A DNA stretch of 64,000 nt from Lama guanicoe (Eukaryota). This document shows positions 23,601 through 36,826 of this stretch, piece by piece; the first letter of the stretch is position 1; each line of letters starts with the position of its first letter. The stretch covers positions 62,001 to 126,000 of the forward strand of contig MU054098.1 in the NCBI GenBank assembly GCA_013239625.1. Direction: 5' to 3'. Both the position numbers and the translations under genes were made by a program. A model generated the notes under the pieces. That model saw only the letters and a list, made by a program, of their open reading frames with translations, searched no databases and was not told the DNA's origin.

Positions 23601-26600
23601 AAGAAAACCAAGGAAGCCATTTGCTTAGTCTTCTTATAGGGTCGTATCATTATGTATTTTATTCAGTGGTTCATAAGTTACCAACTTGCACATTAGGTTT
23701 TCACAATTTAATCTTTCTTTATCAGCAAGGCCCATTCATGGCCATTTATATACTCTTTCAGATGTATTTTCGGAGACCAACTGTGTGCTAGGTGCACCGT
23801 GAAAGAACTAGGAGAAGGGGTTTATTTTCCTTTCTCCCTAGAAGTACAGTTCTTCCCATGGTACATGGCAGGAATTTAGTACTGTCTTTGAAAAAACCCA
23901 TATACAGTGGACAGAGTACACCCAGATACAGTCCATCCATCTGATCCTCTCCCACCAAATGAAACAATGATCAGATTTGGAATCCTGGGTTTTTCTGCTC
24001 ATTTTAAAGCCTGTGATAATCAAGAAGTTCAAGGCAGAAAATAAAGGTGTCAGCTATACCTGGAGTTACTTGCTATTACCTTTGCATCAGATAAAATTTA
24101 ACAGAAGGCTCTACTACAGAAAATATGAGAGCTGCCTGTACCAGTAATGGCAAATCCATGTTTTTCAGGGCTTCTGCATACACAGACATTTCCCCAGCTG
24201 CAGAACCAACTACTGCAGAAGTAGATGCTGTGCACATCTACAATTTAGTAAAGCTGGAAAGAATTTTATTTTTGTAAAAACTAAATGGGGTGTGGCTCAT
24301 TTTCTTGCCAAAGGGCTATTTTATTCCAAGACACTGGTGTCTGCTGACCTTCATTTATAGGCTGAGCAATATTCTATTTAAGTAAAATTAACTCATGGTG
24401 GGCACTTTTTTTAGGATGCAATAATTATTGCAAAGAAATAACAATGTTTAAATTTGATTTGTTCTCAGTTTAGATTTGATTATACTGGGTTATACGTGAA
24501 TGTCTTTGTTCACACAAGGATTAAATTTAGAAATTATTTTATGTTGAGAAAAAAGGCCGTATTTAAGTTCCTTTTCTACATGTAGGAATATTTTTAGGTT
24601 TCATGAAATTCAATATTACTTTTCTCTTCTACTAGACTGAAGGAGTGTCTTATCCATCTTTGTAATGTCAGCACCTAACAGTCTTCATTAAAAAACTAAT
24701 TTTAGTTGAATGATGAAGCCATTTCACAAACAGACTAATTAAGGCATCGTCCATGTTATTATCTTTGGCTAACTATTTCTCCATCTATAGTTTGTACTAT
24801 TTCAATATATATTTGGGCACATTTTAAAGTTTTCCTGAGTTTTACATCTATTTATATATGGCCTGTAGGCCTTCTATATAATCCTTACATATTTAAAGGT
24901 ACTTGACTTAACATAACAAACTTCCCTTCATCTCTACACAAATCTTCTCTGGTTAGGGAACTGTGCCACCTTCTATTTGCATTTGTAAATATATTCTAGT
25001 TTGCTTTTTTTTTCCCTCAGGGGGCCAGCTAATGCTGGAACACTTTGATTTAGGATAAGACACCAAATGTATGGGTTGGCTTATATTTTTAAACACGTAA
25101 ATCTATCAATATTACTTTTTGGTTATCTATACTTAATGCTTACTTGGCTATATTTGTTTTTTTAATTGTCACTAAGACAAAATATAAAATTTTAATTATT
25201 TATAATCACTTGCAAAAATGATTCAACTGTAGCTTTAAATTCGAGACCCACAAACTGCTCAAAATATTTACTGAATGTGTCAATGTCCGTCATCATTTCC
25301 TGGTTTTTGCTTTTGAAAACTTCCACTAGAGGAAATAATGGGCATTGTAAATTTAAGATTAATATGTTTTGGATTCACCCATGTTTAAAGGCTACATGTC
25401 AGATTTAATTTATAACTCTCTGTCTTCCCCAGCATTTTTAGTTTTCACTAGTTTATTCTCTTTTCTCCCATATTTTCAAAGGTAAACTTCTAAACATTAA
25501 TGTTAAGACTATTTCTGCCATTGTAGAAACATTGAAGAACTTGAAGCTTTTTTTTCTTCCCTCAAAAATCAGGCAGCAACATTACCTATTACCTTTCATC
25601 CTAATCTAAGCTATATTTGTTAGTGGCAATTAGTTTATAATCGTGTCTGTAATATATATTAAAAGAGTCATGTTTCCAATTTTCCTTTGAGGGTGAATTT
25701 AGACTGCTGGATGGCATATCCTCATAAAAGGATAAATTAAATGGTAAAAAAGGTTTCTTAGCTATGCCAGGAAGCTTCTTCAACCTGGAAAATTGTTAAA
25801 ATCCTCCCCATTTGTAATAAAAAGCATTAGAAAGTCATATTTTCACAATACTATTAAATAAAACAGAAAAAATAAACTACTTTATCTTGAATGGTGATAC
25901 TTCAGGGAAAAAAGTTTAAATTAGAGGCAAATGAAGAGGTAGATACAGATACCTGACAAAGATCACCTAAGGCAACATTAATTGCCCTGTAAATGGGAAG
26001 ATTGATAGAGGACCTACTATACGTTAATTTCTTTATAAATGTTCTCGGTTTTAAGGAAACAAGTGACATTATCCCGATTTTATAGTGAAACTGAGGTTTT
26101 GAGGAGTTAAGAAACTTCCCCAGTGTCACAGACATATAAAATAGCAAAACCATTGGAACTCATATTTTATGCTAAAATCCATCTTGACTATGACACCTAG
26201 CAGGTACATGATCTCTCTGAGAAGAACAGAAAAAGGAGGTGGTGAGAATGAGCTGTCGGTCAGACAAAACTTGCCACACCGCTTCTGGGTCATCATGGGA
26301 TGCCCAGAGCAACATGGTCCTTAGTGCCACTGGTGAACTGGGGGAAAGAGACAAACATCAGGAAAGGGTCTGTGAGGCAGCACGGGTAAGTTTAGAGAGA
26401 CAGATGCAGTGTGCAATGAGCCTTTCAAATATACAAAATATTTGTTAAGTCAAGTGTTGTATTTTGGGAATCTACCATAGACTTAAACTGGGCACAAACT
26501 AACTTGGTGGCATCAGAAATTTTACCACTAATGGATCTGAGTTTAATTATTTAAGCAACCTGAATGAAATATAAAATTTTGAGTTTATTGAGGAATGTCG

Positions 26601-26605
26601 AAGAA

Positions 26606-27050
26606 CAGGCATACCTCATTTTATTGCGCTTTCCAGATATTGCACTTTTTACATCTGGGAGGTCTGTGGCCACCCTGCGTCAAGCGAGTCTATTGGCACC
26701 ATTTTCCCAATAGCATTTGCTTACTTCAAGTCTCTTGTGTCATATTTTGGCAATTCTCACCATATTTCAAACTTTCTTATTATCATTATATTTCTTAGAG
26801 TGCTCTGTGATCAGTGATCTTTGATGTTACTAGGACTCACTGAAGGCTCAGATGATAAGCATTTTTCAACAGTAAAGGATTTTAAATTAAGGTATCTACA
26901 TTTTTTAAAACATAATGCTATTGCATACTTAACAGACTACAGTCTAGTGTAAACATAACTTTTATATGCACTGGGAAACCAAAAAATTGGTATGATTCAC
27001 TTTATTGCCATGGTCCAGAACCCAACTGAAATATCTCGGAGGTGTAGCTG
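26606..27050 (+). mobile_element. Internally deleted Tigger1-type TcMar DNA transposon
   Basis: 5' terminus CAGGCATACCTCATTTTATTGCGC and 3' terminus 'atatctcggaggtgtagctg' followed by TA; homologous to the copy at 59923-61758. Confidence 0.85.
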
Positions 27051-30000
27051 TACTTCAAGAGACCAATAGCCTGAGATTAAAAAGCCTATCAACAAACACA
27101 GCCATCTAACCAACTTCAGGATTAAAAGTTTCTTTAGGATACTGAAGGTTTATGGTCACAAATAAGCTTTGTATACTTGAACTGAGTTTTATAGCAACCT
27201 GAAATCTAAAGGCTACTTAAATACAAACCTGTCTCCCTTCCCCCATTAACAGTTCCGTTTCAAAAAATAGAACTTCCTATGATTGTACACCCCACGGATT
27301 CTACTTCATCCTGCCTTGCACCTGCTAACTAGATCAGAGGAAACCAAAATATGTCCAAGACATATACTTTACCTAAACCAGCTCCAGTTTAGCCACATAC
27401 GAAACGCTATATAAAGAACGGCTATTTTTTTTAACCCAATGTTTAAATCTCAGAGACTGTCAAAGGAATTCATCTTTAAAAACAAAAATCTTTGCAATTT
27501 CTCTTCTAAATGTTTATCCCAAAGAAATAATCAGAGTCACAAAATGGTTTTTGCCTCAGGATGTTCACTGAAGCATTATCTATAAGATAGGGAGAGAACG
27601 CCAACTTCCAACAATCTGGGATTCGTGAAATACAGTATGAAATATCCATTATATAGAATAGCATGCAGTAATTTAGACATTTTCAAAAATATCTGATTAC
27701 ATGAAAACATGTAAACATAAAAACATGAAAAAAATGGATACACACTGCATATACAGTATGATCTCAATTTTAAAATATCTTACTTTCTGCACAAGAAACA
27801 GATTAAAAAATATGAACGAATGGTACAATTATGAGTAATTTTTATTTTCTTCTTTATAAACTCTTTTATGTTTTCCTCTAAAATTTTTACTATGGCCCAT
27901 CTTAAGTACACAACCACTTAAGACATTTTCCAGCAGATTAACTAAATCATATATACTGATAGCAATAGGATATACCCTAGGAATCATTTACCATTTTCAC
28001 CTCTGAGAAAACACTTGACAGTCTTAAATGGTAATTCTCCCTGACCTGAAATACCAACTCCCAAACATCAAAAAGAAGAGTAAGAAATGGCAAAAGTGGT
28101 AATATATAAGCAAGTTAAGAAATACAGGTAAAAACCTTAAAAATTACATTCGTCTACAAAAGACAATATATTATTCAGTGTCAACAGCAGAATGTCAGTC
28201 TGAGTGCAACACTGTAATTAGAGCATATAATGTAGGATGCAATAATATGAAAATTCACAGCTATTATACTGCCCTCACAAATTCTATTTTATAGAAAGTA
28301 AAAACTTCATAGATACACTTTATATATAAACAAATTTTATATATACATATAAGTTAAACACCGCTTAAGAGAATCAGTTGTATTCTCAATCAATGGGTTA
28401 CAACATTACAAAAAATGATTTGCTATTTAATCTTTTAAACCAGAGATGTTAGAAATAAGAGCTCAGAATTTACAAAAGAAAATGACTTCTACTAGCAAAA
28501 AGAACCCTCTTCAGAACTAGTCATGATACCAGGTTATTTCAAAAGTCCTTTAACTCAGGGTTTTCTGCTTATTTCATTCTCATTAAGTACTATCACTACA
28601 TGAATGATACTTAAACAAATGTTATCAAACAATTTTAGCCTACAAAATAAAAATGCATGATAAAGCAAAGAGTGACAAAGAACCATCATGTAATTGGCAA
28701 GGTGAAAACAGACATTGAAAATCAATTCCAAGTTAATTGTTTTGAGGGCGGGGGTAGAACATGACCCCTCAGAAGTCTTCTAGCCCAAAACATGTTTGTT
28801 TTTCAAATGAAGATCTCCATTAACTTCACATCTTTTCTGTGTTAATGATGGCATACAACTTAAACATACAGATTATGTGCTTATCCATACCTGCATATGC
28901 AATTTAGAGTGCAATTATACAGAGAAACGCTTGATTTTTTCCTGAGCAGCTTTGCACAAAACCTCGTATTACAGGCAATCATAAAACTAAGAATGAAGTA
29001 TAATAAGCCAAAGGATTTTGTAACGATTACCAATGAACACCAAAATACTGCTCAGTAGTTACTTGGGAAGGGTTAAAAAAAAATTCCACCACATTAATGG
29101 CTTTAATAGGCTATTTGGCACAATACTGGAGGGAAAAAATATAAGGAAGTATTACACATATAGGTTCTTACTCTCTTGTTATCAACCATGTCTCGTATTT
29201 TTCATTATATTATGTCTGGCTTTATTTCTCCTTTGCTTGTAAAAGTGGATGGCTGGAGAACACTTACAGACGAGTAAAAATGTGGCAAGACTTAAGTGAT
29301 GAGAATTCTACCATTTTTGTAAACTCCTGTTAAAGCTTTAGTGTTTATATGATATACTACTACAGTACTTTGAATTTATAGAGCACCTGTTTGCCGAAGA
29401 GCCAAGGCTTACATAGCTCATTTATCCTTTCAGCTTGCCTGTGAAATACATAGATTGGAAACAGATGGCTTACAAACAAAGTAAAATCCAGATATGAACA
29501 CCGGGAACTTCCATGATTTACTTAAGATGGTCTATCTGTCCAAATTGTAGAGGACTCAAAGACCCTGGATTCCACTCAATGCCTTTTCCAGTAAGCAATA
29601 CTACCTCCTTATCATCAAACAAATTTCTACACTGTTAAAAAAATTAAGCTATCTCATAATATAAAATCAGTAGGTTTAATGTGCCAAAATTCCTTGATAA
29701 GGAATGATATAAATGGTGTCTCTGTATTTTAAACATGAGTCATGGAATAAGCCACTGGTGATCATCTTCCTGGATAATCACCGATTTGCCAACTAGGAAG
29801 GTATTTAGCTTGGTTCAGTATAGCTGCATTAAAATTTGAAAAAAAAATCAACTGATAAATATAACTGAAATAAGCCAGACTATATCTATTTGGGAAGAAA
29901 AATCCCTGCAAACCAAAATCCTTGAGCCATGCCTTCATTTTATAAATGAGAAAATGCATGGTATCTGGCACGTGTATGTACTCAACATCAGTTATCAATA

Positions 30001-30115
30001 TAATAATCTTAAGTGATTTTCTCAACATCAAACTATGAGTCAGTGGCAAAGCCATGTCTAGAATCTAGTTCTTCTGAAGCAAGTTCAACATACTTCCCCT
30101 TTAGTATCGGAAAAA

Positions 30116-30205
30116 ATTTTTTTAAATGGCGGTACTGGGGATTGAACCCAGGACCTCCTGTAACGCTAAGCATGTGCTGTACCACTGAGCTATGACCCTC
30201 CCCCT
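30116..30205 (-). mobile_element. tRNA-derived SINE (Vic-1 type, short)
   Basis: 'ggtactggggattgaacccaggacc...taccactgagctatgaccctcccc'; imperfect TSD ttagtat(c/t)g. Confidence 0.85.
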
Positions 30206-32954
30206 CTTAGTATTGAAATTTTCACTTAATAGCAATGCTTTTTCATCCTTGTAACAGTTCATACTCTCTCATATTTGTCTTTCAAGTGCTAAAAATAAGG
30301 CAAATTCTATGTTATTAAATATATTAAATTTTTGGAAGCTGTCTCACCTCCATAACTACAAGTTGGCCCACGAATTATCAGATCTTCTCCTGAGACTGAC
30401 ATTTCATGATTAGATAGGTTTTTTATGTTTTCAGGCCATAATTTTAACCAAAGCTCTCCCCAAACTTAAAACAGCTAGTGACCACTGGTATCTAAAAGAT
30501 CTTCCAACAGTATGATGTATCCAAAAAGCTTCTGAAACCTCCAACACATTGAACATACATTGTATGGTGTATCACTCTCTAGAATAATTATACAGACTCA
30601 AAACATGATCTAGCTATTTTCTTCTAAACTGAGTTTTATTATTTGCACAGATCAAACTCTCCCCCATCACTTTTCACCAGAAGAAAAGTTGTAATACGAG
30701 CAAGTACAAAATGATTCCAAAAAGATACTCAAAGTGTCATGTATTGATAGATGCTCATTTTCAATTTTATACCAGCTACTTGTGAAATCTGTACTAAAAA
30801 GCAAAAACAATTTGGCATACACATTCCACCCAGATTATAGCAAACACAATAGCAAATTCATGAATTTATCATGTGTGCTAAGAATATGTCAGTAAATTTC
30901 TTAGAAAGGCAAGTAGAAATGCCTAAAACAGGCTATGGAATAATGGGAAGTGGACTTTTCTCCTTTTCCTTATCAGTTTCACCAAAAAGAATCACTTTCG
31001 TGCTCAGGCCAAGCTGGCCAAGCTGGCCAAACTACTACCCCCTTCTTTTCAGAAACAGTCACGCTGTTTGCCTACAAGCAAAATTTCATGTGGTTCCTGA
31101 TAGTGCCCTGGATACTGACATTCTGCCAGTATAAACAGTCACGGTCAAGTCTAATGTGCTTGTAACCATTTGTAGAAGAGACTTAATCTCAACCCAAATA
31201 TTGCTCACTAGTTATAATTAATCCTTCCACCCAAAATGCATTAAGCGTAGACATTTTTAGCAACTGACTCTAAATGATGGCAACAGACTGGAGACCCTGG
31301 TCTTCAGTGTTGACTGTCTGTGTTAAATCAGGGCAGAACATAATTTATTTGGCTCCCCACTCCAGGTAAAGAAAGTTGGGTAACTTGCTAGATCTAACGG
31401 TAGAAATTAAGAATTTGACTCACAATCCCCTAATTTTAATGAAAGCGTGTGTTTATTAGATCATATCACTAAAAAATGAAGTCAGTGGTTGTAACTGAGT
31501 AGACGCCCCAAGACAATGAAAGGCTGTGGACTGAGAGCCTAGTGAGGATCCTGTTTTGACACGAGTTATATACTATTTTAAGAAAAGCTTATCTCCCTAC
31601 CATTTTAACCTAGTTGGATAGTTGTACTCCTCTTTTTTTAAGGTTAAATATTAGGAGTTCAGTCTAAAATTATATTATCACCTCACTTCCACTAGGGGGG
31701 TGTATCTACCAGTATAGTTAACTCCAATTAACTCAGGTGCAGCTCGAGTCCACTTTCAGCTAATTGTGCTGCAAAGCTAGCTTTGCCGTCAGAACTATGT
31801 GCTTTAATGTTGTTCTAGTTTTTAGGCTTACAAACCCATGCACAGCATGAAAATGGAGCGCTCAAGTCATTCAGAGGTTGCTGCAGTAGACAACGGGTTT
31901 TGGCTAAAGCATACAAAGCCAAAATCTCTTAAATGTTCCCAGTTTCATTTTTAGCTGCCCTACTTGTTTTGAAGACTGAATACCCATCAACTGGGTCTAT
32001 TTTTGTAAATAAGTAAAGCTTTTAAACCCCCAACCTCATATGTCCCTCTGCCCTTTAATATACCCTGCAATATATAATCTAAATAGCAAAAGCAAAATTG
32101 CCACATTTTTCCACCAGCAATCTTAACTTGGGCCACAGGGGCAGGTATTGGTCATTATGGAAGTTGTTCCCATTTCCTCTTATTATTCTACTAATCTATT
32201 GACAGGCAAAATCCAACCAGCTCGATTTCTTAAATTTAGTGTCCAGTTTTTGTGCCTGATTTCTGATCCAATTAATTCCAAACCACAATAACTGATGGTT
32301 AATTTTAGCCAAGAGATTATTATCCACCACCTTCAAGCAGATGCCTAATATAGAGAACAGTTCAATTGGAATATAGGCCAAACCCAGGAATACAGACAAA
32401 GCCTAATTTTTTAACACTAACTTATGTGATATAGCTTCAAATCCATCATTTAGGAATGAAATAGGGCGTGAATAAAAGGATGATTAGCCTAGGAAATAAT
32501 TAGTAAGATATTTTTAAAATTTAGAAAAGCCAAACTAGATTGAAGAGCCACAGGGGAGATATATATCCCAGCACAAACATATTTCAAGCCCTTATTTTAA
32601 AAACAGCTCCTGTTTTTATTTTGGATAAAATCTGAGTGCCAAATTCCCTTCCTGTTTCCCTCATCCAAATCTAAGTAGAGTTCCCTTGAGTACAGGCTAG
32701 TTCACACCCCTCTCCCCTTTTTCGTCGCGGCAGTTTTGGGAAAATGGACTTCAGCCATTACATTCCAGTTTTAAGTCAAAAGAAGTCATGTGACCATTAC
32801 CCTAGGGGCATCAGAGACTTGGGGCACGTGATGCCAACTGGCATGTGTGGGGCTTCGGCCACTACGTTGGAATTCACTGTAAGTTGCATCTTCGGGATCA
32901 AGTTTAGGCTCCCAAATACACTATGACATCCTGTAAAGCAGAATATGTACTTAC

Positions 32955-33539
32955 CTCTCAAAGTTTTTAATTTCATCTAGGTTTTCTACCAACTGTGCGG
33001 CCAGCCAGGCTCTATTCCCCACCCCCCATCCCCCCTAACAGGCCGGGCACCCCCAGCATCCCGTCTATCTGATCCTATATGGCAAGGCTCTCCAACCCAG
33101 TTAGTTCTAAACTCAACCTTGTGCACCACCCGGGATGTTGTGCACATCAGGTGCGGAACAAGAAGCGATGCAGGCGGGAAGTGTCAGAAAGCATTAAGCC
33201 CACTCCACCACCCGGGCTGGGATCTTCTGCCCTGGAGCCGAGCCGTCGGGATCGCCAGCACATTAGAGCAAGTAGTAGCAACAGCAGCGGCGGCGGCGGC
33301 GGCAACTTTGGGACTGGCGAGAGGCCAAGGCGGGGGTGGTCGGCGTCCCCCAGCCTCTCATTAGAGCGCCTAAGTGCTGCGACGGGGGGAAAGTAAACAC
33401 CAGCAAGTGCAGCTGTGTCGGGGGAGGGGGATACTGCCCCCCTTCCACCTCCCCTTCTGCTCTGCCTCCGAAGGAGCCCGGAGAGGTCCCGGGCGGCCAC
33501 AGCCTCGACTGCGCGCTCGGGGCTGCTGAGCCAGAGGAG
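32955..33539 (-). other. Candidate 585-nt GC-rich 5'UTR exon of an unidentified minus-strand gene
   Basis: Consensus donor GAG|GTAAGT (plus strand 'acttac' at 32949-32954) and acceptor cctgtctgctcccttctcag| (33540-33542) inside the CpG island; no long ORF. Confidence 0.55.
33289..33303. repeat. (GGC)5 trinucleotide tract preceded by agtagtagcaacagcagc
   Basis: Directly visible; reads (GCC)n on the presumed mRNA strand. Confidence 0.9.
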
Positions 33540-33648
33540 CTGAGAAGGGAGCAGACAGGCGACGCGGGGTCGGGGGAGAGGAGAACGGTAAAGGTACTGC
33601 CCTAATGGCCCGGAGATGTTCTGCTACTGAAAGGAAAAAAGTGCTTAC

Positions 33649-33900
33649 TCATAGGGAGACGCGGTGCGATCGCGACGCTCCGGCTCGCTAATGGCAAGGG
33701 AAGCAGGCGGAAGGGCAGGCAACGGGAGCCTTTCCTTCCCTGGGCCACGGCACCCCGCGGAGCCCCGGGGGCCGGGGTGAGCCCGCGAGGTCACCCGAGG
33801 CGGGCGAGCGGGGGCTGGAGGCGTCGCAGGCAGCCGGCTCCGGGATTTCCTGAGTCCGGAGCAGACGGAGGAGGGGGAGGAGGGTGGCAGTAGCTGGAGA
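33649..33900 (-). other. Candidate alternative first exon 1b (5' boundary unknown)
   Basis: Donor TGA|GTAAGC (gcttac at 33643-33648); it would give a 109-nt intron to the acceptor at 33540. Confidence 0.3.
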
Positions 33901-34316
33901 AGGACGACAGAGGGAAGTTAGGCGTTCGGTTTCCACTTCGGGGCCGCCCCGCCGCCACGCAAAAAGAGAAGGGCAAGGGTTGGCGTCAAGGACTCCAGCC
34001 CAAGGTTGGCAAGAAGTTAAGAGCAACTAGTGAGAAGACACTATCTCACCAGTGAAGAGCAGAAAAGGTGTTTGCGGCGGGTGGTAGTCGTGGGGAACAT
34101 TCGCTCACTCCCATCCATCCTTGATGCGAACGATCGCTTTGGCGCCCAAGGGCTACGACTGATATTTTTCTCCAGTCTCCCTCTCTGGGCCCCCAGCCCC
34201 CCATGCCAGGCACGTTCCTGCCGGGGTTCCCGGAGATGCTCTCCCCTGGACCCACTCCCTCCCACGCCCAGGGACCCCGCTCCCCTCGTGCCCTCCCGCG
34301 CCTGCAAAGCACTTAC

Positions 34317-34430
34317 AGAAAGTCGCAGAGTACCAGATCTGGCCCGACAGCCTCCGACCGACGCACTCAGACAACTTCTGCCTCTCGGAATCTTTGCGGC
34401 TGTGGTTCTAAAGCCACCGCTCCCTCCCCT
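34317..34430 (-). other. Candidate first exon 1a (TSS approximate)
   Basis: Donor TCT|GTAAGT (acttac at 34311-34316), with two CCAAT boxes about 150-200 bp upstream on the same strand. Confidence 0.45.
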
Positions 34431-36826
34431 CCTGCCAACCCCCTCCGCTCCTCGGCCGCCGCCATTGGCTCGGGTGGTGCTAGCAGTCGGCCTGGGAACC
34501 AGGAAGGGGATTGGGCCACGAGCCTGTCACATCAACTGGGTGGGGAGTTGGGAGAATAGGCACCGGGATGGGCGCCCTGGAGGGATGGGGACTGTAACTC
34601 TGCGGCAGGGATCAGAGATTCGTCCTCTGCTCCTGTTTCTCCCTCTCCCTGGCTCCCTCTCCCTCTCCCTGGCTGAAATTAGAAGTCCTTGGAGCCTGGC
34701 TCGGGGGACCACGTTCCAAAAAAATGTGTGGAATCAATGAGAGGGTTGAGAATGTCGGAGCGAGAGTTTGAACGTCAGCAAGCCCCTACTTAAGTCTATG
34801 GAGGGTACAATTTCTCCCCAGCGTCGCGAAGAGAAGCTCGGCATAGGAAGGGACGTGATGTAGTTTCTTCTGCTCCAGTCAGCCCACGTGTGGAACAACA
34901 CAGAGGGAAAACCTCAGCAATCTTCCCTTTTCTACCGGGTCTAGGAAGCAGATGTAGGGACAGGACGGAGCTCTCATGTATTTGACTTCATGCCAAGTAA
35001 ACAGTTGACCTAAATCACCTGTCTGGTCCGTTTGTCCATTTGGAAAAGGAGTGAGAGGTGGAGGTAGGAAGGGGCGGTGGAAGTAACATGGTTCCACTCA
35101 TTTGACTGGAAATGGATGTCAATTCTCATCTGTCTCCTTTCACCACAGAAAACTTGGAGACATGCTCCTGCTTCCCAGAGTACCTTTTCTTCTTCTTGGC
35201 CTCCAATGTTGTAGCTGACCTCTTTCCTGAATCGGCAAGGTTTCCCCTCCTTATCTGCATTCCAAACCTTTGGCTCGCTCCAGGTCCAAAATCAGCCCTG
35301 AGGACCAGATGCTGACGGATTCTCCAGGGTCAGGTCAAGAGACTGGCTTGTGGGACAGCTGTAGAAGAGAAGGCGAGGCCCTTTCCTGCTTCAGTCACAA
35401 CCATTTTGTTCAAGATATGTGGGCTTGGAAATTTTTTTAAAGAATTTAAAGTTGGTTCAAGTACATCTCATTTTATTTGCACTAGGAAAAATGCTAAATT
35501 AAGAGTGGCCTGAAAAATTGAATGGTCTTGTCAAGGAACCCTCACTTCATCTGCTGTTACGAATTTCCTTAGAGAAATTAACCTATAGTGAGTGCCAGAA
35601 CTTCTTAAATGGGCAGGAAAGGGGAGTTCATATACTGCCTAAAAAGCCAGACTAGCAGAGAGGGAATTGGCACTGGGAAAAAGCCTCGTTAAATATTAAT
35701 TAATGATTAACCAACTGGAAGGACATATGAAAGGCACAGAAAGGTGAAAAAGAAATGAGAGGGCAATCATGCTTTCAGAAACATTAAATTTTTGTTGTGA
35801 CAGATTTTGTACTGGGTCAGGTTTGGGTCAGCACAAAAATACTGATTTCAGCATGTTCGTGTTGGGTGGACCAGGCAGTACCCCGCCACACATATTTACA
35901 AGGGGCTGAAAATGAGATTTCTGGCTTTCAGTAACTGGCCCAAGGTTTGGTCTGGTTTCTGATATTCTTTACACAAAATTTCTAGATACACTCAATATAG
36001 TACTTCAGTTTCCTACATTTTATGGTGTCTGTAAGTCACCACTGCAGAGCTTCCACCTGCTTTAAAACTTAAAATTACAGACTTAGTATGTCTGTACAAA
36101 GGGACTCCGCAAGCTGAATTTTCAAGTATGGATGTATTTGTCGCAATTACTTAGTATTCTATTTTAGTTTATTTTTCAAGTGTTAGGCTTTAGAATGAGT
36201 CACAATTTTAAGAATCCTATGCATATGCTATTGATGCTTTCTTGTTTTTTATTCAAGAAAGGCTACATGGAAGCTGTACATAAGCTTTACTTTACTTACT
36301 AACATGGAGGATGTCAGAATTCAGCAAGAGTTAGTTGTCAGGAAATGTCACTTTAGTGGAAGTGCAGTGGTCCGTACTTTCAAAGCCACAGGGTGCCCAG
36401 GCAGTGGCGTGCATTGCCTCAGTAGTTTCCAACAGATAAAACATGCCCTAAACACAGAAGTACCTACCTGAATGCTGGTTGAGAGTCCTATTTAACAAGT
36501 TCAACAATATAATCCAAGTAGAATTCCATTTTAATGAATACTGTTAAGATAGCCATTTTGATGTAACTAAGCTACTTTTGTGTTGCCCAAAATCTAAAGG
36601 GCCTTTTCAGAAGTTAACATTTTGCTCTAAGAAAGGAGACTCAGACTCAAAGCTCTATTCAAACTGCGTTTCTTTCTGATCTTTCACACTGTCAATTTAA
36701 CTCATATAGGGTCATTCACAAAATAACCCAAAGTTGGTAGTTTTCCTTTCTATATAGGAAAGACACAGATGATCTTCAGGGTCCCTTTCAGAGCTTAGAG
36801 GCAGGTTATAGGCTCTAATTCATCTT

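Larger units (their letters stand above)
33000..34850. promoter_or_regulatory. CpG island promoter
   Basis: Abrupt switch to GC- and CpG-rich sequence in an otherwise CpG-depleted window. It contains a GC box (gggccgccccgcc near 33940), minus-strand CCAAT boxes (attgg at 34464-34468 and 34510-34514) and three minus-strand splice donors. Confidence 0.92.

Noticed and set aside
31007..31030. Short tandem repeat ggccaagct x2.7
   Set aside because: Simple slippage duplication with no spacers; not CRISPR-like.
32955..34430. Assigning a gene symbol to the CpG-island gene
   Set aside because: No recognisable coding exon lies in the window, so I cannot identify the gene without a search.
34030..34740. 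236-aa ORF and other overlapping ORFs in the CpG island
   Set aside because: Non-ATG start, Pro/Arg/Leu-rich with no recognisable domain; long stop-free frames are expected in GC-rich DNA.
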